This document shows, piece after piece, positions 56,737-64,000 of a stretch of DNA of 64,000 bases (within the stretch, counting starts at the first letter, position 1; the number at the start of each line of letters is the position of its first letter). The stretch lies in IMG/VR virus record IMGVR_UViG_3300009130_000002; one strand, given 5' to 3'. The notes beneath the pieces were generated by a model. That model saw nothing but the letters and a program-made list of their open reading frames with translations. It was not told the origin of the DNA and searched no databases. Both the position numbers and the translations under genes were made by a program. The DNA comes from a virus.

Positions 56737-59700
56737 ATGGCAACTGTACCATTTAAACTAAGACAAGGATTGCGAGCACATGGCGATAATTTAGTCGTCA
56801 CCGATGTGGGTGTCGCAATCAACAAAGACAATCCAACCGTAGCACTCGACGTGGATGGATCAATTAAGAGTAATGAATTACAATTACAATCGAACTTTTT
56901 AATAGCATCGGCTTCAACACAAGTGGGAACAAGCCTTGAAACTGTGGATAGCTTCCCTAAAGATGATTTCCATGCTGTTAAGTATGTTATCGGGGTTGAC
57001 ACAAATGATGGGACTGAAAGACAAATCGCTGAAGTTCTTCTTGTTGTAGATTCTGATAACGATGATGCATACATCTCAACTTATGGTGTACTTTATAGTG
57101 GCGCGAGTGCAATTGCCACTTTCACCAGTGATGTAAATGCAGGAAACGCAAGATTACTAGCGACGTGCACAAGTGCAAACTGCACAGTCAAAGTACAGAA
57201 AATAGCCACATACACTGGGACAGGCAGCGCAGCCTCTCCAAGTGAAATAACCTTTAATCTTACTGATTTAAATGGGGTTACAGTTAGTAACGCTCAAGCT
57301 AACCAGGTTCTTCAATACGTTGGCGGGGAATGGACAAACCAGACCTTAAACGTTTCAAGTACTTTTGCAGGCTTAACTGATGGTCCTGGTGCTTTGAATG
57401 CAAATCAATGGATTAAGGTAAATACGGCAGGAAATGCTCTAGAATATACAGCAGCTCCAGCGGCAGCAGGTCACAATCACGATGCTGATTACGTATCTGC
57501 TACAGCTTCAGTTCTTGCTCATACTTCAAATATTGATTTCAATGTTAACTCAACAAAGTTGGGTGCATTTAAGAGTCATCAATATACAGGGGCAGATATT
57601 GTAAGTGGTGGCGTAACAGTTATCCAACAAAATCAAACATTTACAGGCTTAATGCCTGGTGCACACCACACTCATAGTCTGGGTGCAGTTGATAACTCTT
57701 GGGATTATGTATTCGCTAGAGAAATGTACATTACTTCTGGAAACTCTCTCTATATTGATGGAAAGAAGTTTCTCCAGAGTGATGCAGAAACAATCAACAT
57801 CTCTGCAGATACAGATCAGAACATTACAATCCAAACTTCTGGAGATGGAAATGTTGAACTAGATCCTGTTGGAGCTGGTTCTATTAACATGAAGGGCAAC
57901 ATTGTTATGACTGCCGCGAAGACTATTTCTTCGGCTTCTGGAAATATAACCTTCAACTCTCCTATTGATATGGATAGTCGTAAGATTGTTAACGTAACAA
58001 CTCCAACTGCTGCAGGTGATGCAGCTAACAAGGGATACGTAGATGGCGAAATCACTGCCTTAATTGGTGGTGCTCCTGGTGCTCTTGACACTCTTAATGA
58101 GTTAGCAGCAGCGCTTGATGATGATGCAAGCTATGCAACAACTATTACTAACGCATTAGCAGGGAAATCAGATACAAATCACACACACACTTTAGCTAGC
58201 TTAAGTGACACTTCTATTGGAACCCCAAATAATGGACAAGTTCTAACTTATGACACTACTTCAGGTAGTTGGGAACCAGCAGAACCACAAACTGGAACCA
58301 TGGGTGGAGCAATGACTGCTCACATCATTCCAGATACAAATGCAGCCTACGATTTAGGTAATGCAGAATACAAAATTAGACACTTATTCTTATCTGACAA
58401 CTCTCTCTGGGTAGGTGATCAACATAAGATCTCTATTTCTAGTGGGAATATGAAGTTCAGAAAGAGAAAAATGACTACTCCTGAAGCAGTAATTTCTGCA
58501 GGTGGTAACGAAGCAGCAGCTCTCGCACATGGTGGAGTAGCTTCTGTAAATGATATGACAATTGCTAAGTGGTTTGCTTATTATAAAACACTTGATGGTC
58601 AGTCTGGAGCAAGAATCAACGATATCTTTAGAGATAACGCAGCTGACTGGGACAAGGATGATGAAGCAGGTAGCGTAGCAAGTTCTAACTTAACTGATCT
58701 TAAAGACGTAGCTTCTGCAGGAGCAGAAGACGGACAAGTTCTTAAGTGGAGCGGATCTTCTAGTGCATGGGTTGCAGGCAACTCTGGTGGAACAGCTAAA
58801 GTAGATTCAGATACTGAACTATATGTTTCACCATTAAGCACAGATAGTGTTATTGCAGATAAATCTGGCAATGGAATGACTGTAGGGTCATCCGGTAGCC
58901 CAGCAATTAGCTCTGCACAGACACACTTTCCGAATACGAATCCGGTATATTTTGACGGAACGGATGATAACTTAACCTTCACAACAGAGGCATCACTACA
59001 TAGTTCAAACTTTACATTTGAATGTTGGATTTATACAGACTTAAGTCAAGGTGGCCGCCTTTATAGTGTAGGTAATGATCACAGTCCTGGTTATCGTACT
59101 TGGATTTCATTTGATACAGCTGGGGTAGTATACGCAGCTGGTTACACGCACCCAAATGGTGGTGGTATCAAAACTTCAGCTGGAGCATTAACCGCTAATA
59201 CTTGGACTCATGTCGCAGTAGTAAGAAACAGCGGTAGCGACTACATTTACATAAATGGTACTGGACATAACACAGCATATGATTTTGGTTATGGTGCTGG
59301 TGGTTCAATCATGACTCAGCCTAGTGATACAGGCTATAGATTGATTGGTTGTGGACAATCTGGACACACTGGAGCGAAAAACAGCTTCTTCAAAGGCTAT
59401 ATGGATGAATTACAAATCTCCAAGATAGTAAGATATACTGCAAACTTTACAGCCCCTACTTATAGAGGTGATGCAACAAGCACATTTGTTCCTTCTACTC
59501 TTAATGATCTTTCAGGTGTAAGCACTACTGGTGTTACTTCTGGACAAGTTCTTAAGTACAATGGATCTAGTTGGGCCGCAGCAGATGATGCTGCAGGCAG
59601 TGCAGCTGTATTCAGTACAAATGGAACAAATGCATATTATAATGCAGGAACAGTATCCTTTGGAAGCACTACTGCTGACCACAGTTCAAACTTTTATTCA

Positions 59701-62382
59701 AAGAACACAGCGGCTGCAGATAGCGATCACCTCACTATTTTTGAAGGTAGCAGAAGATCAAATATCCAACTAAGAGGTAACAGAACTGATGATAACGATT
59801 TAGGTTATATCGCTTGGTTCAATGGAGCTAATGGTGTTGCAAGTATGACCGCTCAAAGAGACGGTGCAGATGATGCTGGTGAGTTACACTTCTATACAAA
59901 GCCTACTGGAGGAAGCAATACCCAAAGAATGACTATTGCCTCAGACGGCAATGTAGGTATTGGAACAGATACCCCATCTCAAGCACTTGAGGTGGTAGGA
60001 ACAGTAACAGCAACAGCATTTGTTGGAGACGGCTCAGCCTTAACGGGAATCAATGCTTCCTTCAATGGAGGAACTATTACTAACGGATTAACAATTGACG
60101 ATAATTCATCTGATGGTTCAAAAGGCCTTACTGTTACAGGTGGTGGTCAAGGCAATGCAATTGCAACATTTACTAGAGATGTTGGAGCAACTGGAACAAT
60201 TGCTATTCACTCAAGTGGTGAAGATCCTGCAATTTACTTCCAAAGTTCTAACAATACTTTTGTTCTTGGAACTAATGGAAGCTCATTTGAGATTGCAGAT
60301 AATGGATCTTTAGGAACCAATACAAGATTTACCATAGACAGCTCAGGCAACATTGATGTTGGCGGATCTATAACTGCAGGTAGCTTTGTTGGTGACGGCT
60401 CAAATCTAACTAATCTTCCAGCATCCTCATGGGATGGCGGGACAATTGCTACTCCATTAACAGTTGCAAACAATAGCGAGTCTGCCCCTTATGCAAAAAT
60501 AATTCTCAAAGATACTAATACGGCAATGAACAACAATGCCTATAACGCATGGACCTCATATACTGATTCAAGTAATAATGAGGCTGGCTGGACAGGCTTT
60601 GGAGCAAGTGCAAATAAGGAATACTATATTCACAATAACCAAGGTGGAGTTCGTGTTGACGTAAAAGCAGGAAATGAATTTGCTGTTTACAGCGTAGCAA
60701 ATGCGAGTAGCTCAGTATTCACAGTAAGTGATGCTGGTGCAGTTGTTGGAGCTAGTTTTACTGGAGATGGTTCAGGACTTACTAATTTACCTTCTTCTGA
60801 ATGGGACGGAAGTCTTACTGGAAATGCAGATATTGGCGGAACTCTTGAAGTTCTTACAGGATCTGGAGCAGGTGCTCGTAAGATTAAGGTTTATGACTCT
60901 GATGGTGGTGGTTACATCACTATTGATGCTCTTAGAAATGACAACGATGCCTCAAGAGATCTGTCTTTACAGATGGCTGGAAGCAATGTTGGTATTGGAA
61001 CTTTATCTCCTTCAGAAAAATTAGAAGTTAACGGGACTGTTAAGGCAACTGCATTCTCAGGTGATGGTTCAGCTCTAACAGGAGTTAGTGCTTCATGGAA
61101 TGGTGGACAAGTAAGTAATCCGGTCATGATCAACACTTCTAGCAACCTAAATGCTCAACTTTATGTAGAGCAAACTGCAAATACGACAAATGGTGGTATT
61201 GCAATTGGACGCAATGGTGGAGTGCAGGCATTCTACATGTCTAATGTTTCAAGCCAATTAAAAATTGGAGCAGACAATGACGGTAATGGAACTATTGATG
61301 TTGATGCATTGACTATTAACTATGATGGAGAAATTACTGCAAGCAATCATCTCTTTGTGGAAGGTGATGGAAAATTCCTAAGAGTTAAGAGCAGTGACTT
61401 TGACAATGTTGCAATAGGTTCTGCAGGTGGCGGAACTCCTGATTCTGGTTGGGTTGGAGTTAAGAAAGCTGGCTCTACAATTATCAGCTTAAATGCAGAT
61501 AGTGGACTTGTTACAGCAACCACATTCGCAGGAAGTGGGGCTTCTTTAACAAATCTCCCAGCTGCTCAGTTGACAGGAACTTTACCTGCAATAGATGGTT
61601 CAAATTTAACCAATCTTCCTGCTGGTAGTAATCTTACCACTAAAGGTGACTTAGAAGTATACACTACTTCAGCAACTAGATTGGCTGTTGGAACTAATGG
61701 CCAAGTACTTACCGCAGATTCTTCTGAAGCTTCAGGAATGAAGTGGGCAGACGCAGCTGCTGGTGGTGGAGCAACTTTTACTGCTGCTACTACTGCACCA
61801 GCTGGTCCAAGCAATGGAGATACCTGGTATGACACTGATGACAATATACTTTATCAAAGAATTACTGACGGTGGTGGCACCGGAGTATGGTTAGATATCT
61901 CAAGCACCAGCGGTGGTGCAAACACATGGAGTAGAAGTGGTGACAACATCAACTATGCAGATGGCAACGTTGGTATTGGAACAGCTTCACCTTCACAAAA
62001 ATTAGAGGTAGCTGGTTCTGTCACAATAAGTGAGGATTTACACCAAAACGGTGTTTCTAGGATAACAAAAGGTGGCACAACGAATTGTAATGAAACGGTA
62101 TCATTCACCATAAGTAATACCAATGGAGGCACATTCAAAATCCGTGCTGGTTTTTTCCATTACGGAAATAGTAACTTTGGCTGTGCATATGAAGCAATTC
62201 ATTGCAACGGCGGTGGGGGAATGACTAATCTGACTCCTACAATTGACCATTCTACAGCCAATGGAGGGGCCTGGTCAGTAACAAGGGTTGATGCTAATGA
62301 TATAACAATATCTAAGAGTGCTGGTTCTTATAACGGTACTGGGAAGTATTACATTGTTGTAGAGGGAGCAGATTTAACATAA
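56737..62382 (+). CDS. Long tail fibre / adhesin (1881 aa) with LamG-like domain, triplet 3 member 3
   Basis: SD GGAGGA. Shared beta-domain near the N-terminus (56938-57215). Shaft repeats L-x-DL-x-[DG]V...[GN]QVL-x-[WY], IIPDTNAAYDLG motif, LamG at about 58900-59460, and repeated NVGIGT..PS..LEV.G.V.AT.F.GDGS.LT units. Confidence 0.8.
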   Translation: MATVPFKLRQGLRAHGDNLVVTDVGVAINKDNPTVALDVDGSIKSNELQLQSNFLIASASTQVGTSLETVDSFPKDDFHAVKYVIGVDTNDGTERQIAEVLLVVDSDNDDAYISTYGVLYSGASAIATFTSDVNAGNARLLATCTSANCTVKVQKIATYTGTGSAASPSEITFNLTDLNGVTVSNAQANQVLQYVGGEWTNQTLNVSSTFAGLTDGPGALNANQWIKVNTAGNALEYTAAPAAAGHNHDADYVSATASVLAHTSNIDFNVNSTKLGAFKSHQYTGADIVSGGVTVIQQNQTFTGLMPGAHHTHSLGAVDNSWDYVFAREMYITSGNSLYIDGKKFLQSDAETINISADTDQNITIQTSGDGNVELDPVGAGSINMKGNIVMTAAKTISSASGNITFNSPIDMDSRKIVNVTTPTAAGDAANKGYVDGEITALIGGAPGALDTLNELAAALDDDASYATTITNALAGKSDTNHTHTLASLSDTSIGTPNNGQVLTYDTTSGSWEPAEPQTGTMGGAMTAHIIPDTNAAYDLGNAEYKIRHLFLSDNSLWVGDQHKISISSGNMKFRKRKMTTPEAVISAGGNEAAALAHGGVASVNDMTIAKWFAYYKTLDGQSGARINDIFRDNAADWDKDDEAGSVASSNLTDLKDVASAGAEDGQVLKWSGSSSAWVAGNSGGTAKVDSDTELYVSPLSTDSVIADKSGNGMTVGSSGSPAISSAQTHFPNTNPVYFDGTDDNLTFTTEASLHSSNFTFECWIYTDLSQGGRLYSVGNDHSPGYRTWISFDTAGVVYAAGYTHPNGGGIKTSAGALTANTWTHVAVVRNSGSDYIYINGTGHNTAYDFGYGAGGSIMTQPSDTGYRLIGCGQSGHTGAKNSFFKGYMDELQISKIVRYTANFTAPTYRGDATSTFVPSTLNDLSGVSTTGVTSGQVLKYNGSSWAAADDAAGSAAVFSTNGTNAYYNAGTVSFGSTTADHSSNFYSKNTAAADSDHLTIFEGSRRSNIQLRGNRTDDNDLGYIAWFNGANGVASMTAQRDGADDAGELHFYTKPTGGSNTQRMTIASDGNVGIGTDTPSQALEVVGTVTATAFVGDGSALTGINASFNGGTITNGLTIDDNSSDGSKGLTVTGGGQGNAIATFTRDVGATGTIAIHSSGEDPAIYFQSSNNTFVLGTNGSSFEIADNGSLGTNTRFTIDSSGNIDVGGSITAGSFVGDGSNLTNLPASSWDGGTIATPLTVANNSESAPYAKIILKDTNTAMNNNAYNAWTSYTDSSNNEAGWTGFGASANKEYYIHNNQGGVRVDVKAGNEFAVYSVANASSSVFTVSDAGAVVGASFTGDGSGLTNLPSSEWDGSLTGNADIGGTLEVLTGSGAGARKIKVYDSDGGGYITIDALRNDNDASRDLSLQMAGSNVGIGTLSPSEKLEVNGTVKATAFSGDGSALTGVSASWNGGQVSNPVMINTSSNLNAQLYVEQTANTTNGGIAIGRNGGVQAFYMSNVSSQLKIGADNDGNGTIDVDALTINYDGEITASNHLFVEGDGKFLRVKSSDFDNVAIGSAGGGTPDSGWVGVKKAGSTIISLNADSGLVTATTFAGSGASLTNLPAAQLTGTLPAIDGSNLTNLPAGSNLTTKGDLEVYTTSATRLAVGTNGQVLTADSSEASGMKWADAAAGGGATFTAATTAPAGPSNGDTWYDTDDNILYQRITDGGGTGVWLDISSTSGGANTWSRSGDNINYADGNVGIGTASPSQKLEVAGSVTISEDLHQNGVSRITKGGTTNCNETVSFTISNTNGGTFKIRAGFFHYGNSNFGCAYEAIHCNGGGGMTNLTPTIDHSTANGGAWSVTRVDANDITISKSAGSYNGTGKYYIVVEGADLT

Positions 62383-62454
62383 TTGCTAAATTAGAAAAAG
62401 CTTTAAAAAATAAATAGGAATAACTTGAGACATTAACCGGAGGTACTTGATAAA

Positions 62455-64000
62455 ATGGCAAATTTTCCAACCAATCCTAGTATTGGAGACTTATTTGAAA
62501 CAAAACATGACACTTTTAAGTGGAACGGGAGCGGATGGGAAGCTCTCGGGAGAATTCTTACCCATAGACAAAAATCAGGAACTCCGTATTCCTCGCTCTC
62601 CATTAAGGAGAGCGGGGGTGTCTTGGACACTGACGATACAAGTACTGTTCTTCTTATAGGAGAGCAGATAACAGAAGGACAAGTTAGGGCAGCTCATTTA
62701 AGTGATGCAAACACAGTCTTTTTATCTGGAGAAACAGCAGCAACTGGAATCTCTGAATTTTCAAATGATGGAAATACTCTTTTTCTTTCAGGAGAAGGTG
62801 CTACTGCAGGACTAGAAGCACACACAGCAGATGTGGCAACAACAGCACTTGTAACCGGAGAAAGAGACGCATCTAATTATAAAATGAGATGTAGTCTTAG
62901 CAATGATATGGTAATGAGGGAAGGCTATCGCTTTGAGCATGAAGATTGGATCAGCACTCCATCGAGCAGTGATTTTGCATTTGGAACTGGAGATTTTACA
63001 GTTGAGTTTTGGGCTTACAATGAAGACGTAAGTAATAGCACCCAAAAAGGATTAATGCAGATTTCAGATACCGCAGGAGGCATTAAAACTTCCTATGATA
63101 CAGGGTTTATTTTAAATCTTGGAGGTGGCATAGGGGACGGTGTGCTTAGGTTGCATGATGGAACTCAAACAGTTGCAACAGGTATTGGCATTATGAAAGA
63201 AAATACCTGGCAACATGTTGCAGTAAGTAGAACTAGTGGAACAGCAAAAATATTTATTGACGGGAAAGAAGAAGCTTCAGGCTCTTTCACAGCAGACGTG
63301 GTTGGAACAAATCTTGGTATAGGCATGTATTATGGGTATAACCAAGGAGGTTATGACTACGGGATAATTGGCTATATGAAAGATATTAGAATATCTAAAG
63401 GCATAGGAAGATACACTGCAGATTTCACAACAGAGATTACGACAAAAGATAGCAACCATAAGTTAATTCTTGAGGGCAAGGATGATATTTCTGATTCAGG
63501 GCACACGGTAACCTTTCATAACAGTGCCCATCAAGTATCTAAAACAGGAAACAAATCTTGGCACAAATTCGGATCACCTTTAGGCTACATAAGATCATAT
63601 GATAGTATCTCTCTTGATGGAGACTTTACAATCGAATGGTGGTACCTATCGAAAGAAACTGGAACACAGCACATGTTTACTATCGGAGATAGTCAGCAAA
63701 GCTCTGGACTAGAATTCTATCAGGGTGGTGACGGCCAAAAACTATACACAAACAGTGGATATATATGGACCAATGGTGGATATGTATCTACGAATACCTG
63801 GTATCATTTTGCTGTAGTAAGAAGCAGTGGAGTAGTAAAAGTCTACAGAGACGGAACTCAAATTGGTTCTGACTGGAGTACTAATACTACATTTTCAGGT
63901 CGAATCGGAGTAGGTGTGGAATGGTACGGAAACCAAGCCTATACAAATGCGAAAGAAGCCTATTATGATGACTTCACTATACATAGAAGCGCAAAATACA
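62455..64000 (+). CDS. Fibre-associated protein with tandem LamG-like domains (3' truncated; absent from the ORF track)
   Basis: SD GGAGGT at 62439-62444, ATG 62455, frame open to the window end by manual translation. MANFPTNPSIGDLF...FKWNGSGW, then DFAFGTGDFTVEFW...WQHVAVSR...GYMKDIRISKGIGRYT and a second unit DFTIEWW...WYHFAVVRSSG. Confidence 0.85.
   Translation, partial: MANFPTNPSIGDLFETKHDTFKWNGSGWEALGRILTHRQKSGTPYSSLSIKESGGVLDTDDTSTVLLIGEQITEGQVRAAHLSDANTVFLSGETAATGISEFSNDGNTLFLSGEGATAGLEAHTADVATTALVTGERDASNYKMRCSLSNDMVMREGYRFEHEDWISTPSSSDFAFGTGDFTVEFWAYNEDVSNSTQKGLMQISDTAGGIKTSYDTGFILNLGGGIGDGVLRLHDGTQTVATGIGIMKENTWQHVAVSRTSGTAKIFIDGKEEASGSFTADVVGTNLGIGMYYGYNQGGYDYGIIGYMKDIRISKGIGRYTADFTTEITTKDSNHKLILEGKDDISDSGHTVTFHNSAHQVSKTGNKSWHKFGSPLGYIRSYDSISLDGDFTIEWWYLSKETGTQHMFTIGDSQQSSGLEFYQGGDGQKLYTNSGYIWTNGGYVSTNTWYHFAVVRSSGVVKVYRDGTQIGSDWSTNTTFSGRIGVGVEWYGNQAYTNAKEAYYDDFTIHRSAKY

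Noticed and set aside
358-63459. Numerous 60-130 aa ORFs nested in or antisense to the long genes (e.g. 2280-2537, 53273-53632, 54922-55308, 58599-58982, 62447-62659)
   Set aside because: All lie within long coherent CDSs, lack SDs and motifs, and are expected by chance in repetitive, codon-biased genes. 62447-62659 is an out-of-frame overlap of the real gene at 62455.
1-64000. Alternative genetic code (stop-codon reassignment), as seen in some large phages
   Set aside because: Very long ORFs tile the window under the standard code, and TAA, TAG (7602, 9629, 20801) and TGA (22709, 30901, 39103) all end genes right before the next SD or start.
27668-64000. Diversity-generating retroelement acting on fibre tips
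   Set aside because: No reverse transcriptase, and I saw no template/variable repeat pair differing mainly at adenines. The repeats present differ at synonymous positions of all kinds. A trans-acting DGR outside the window cannot be excluded.
1-64000. tRNA, rRNA or other structured RNA genes
   Set aside because: Only four intergenic gaps exceed 70 nt (38703-38821, 52008-52140, 56628-56736, 62383-62454) and none shows a cloverleaf or T-loop motif.

Overview
This window is a densely coded, AT-rich (roughly 35-40% GC by eye) stretch of a large tailed-phage genome, most likely a contractile-tailed jumbo phage, read in the standard bacterial code. No capsid, sheath or replication genes lie inside it. 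Left part (1-27.7 kb): the end of a probable tape-measure gene, a 2145-aa baseplate hub with an M23 peptidase domain, spike-, gp25- and baseplate-J-like genes, and a run of large paralogous virion proteins. About 30 kb (27.7-33.7 kb and 39.4 kb to beyond 64 kb) encodes fibre/adhesin-type proteins with LamG, Peptidase S74 and tail-collar domains. These fibre genes fall into three consecutive triplets with the same domain-sharing pattern (anchor+body, head+body, head+long fibre), suggesting a relay for building branched fibres; this is the strongest candidate for an undescribed system. Between the fibre blocks sit an actin-fold ATPase flanked by two small genes and an opposite-strand three-gene cassette (trypsin-like lipoprotein, Cys-repeat/vWA lipoprotein, SNase-like nuclease) behind back-to-back sigma70-like promoters. 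All calls are by-eye motif recognition; no database searches were run.
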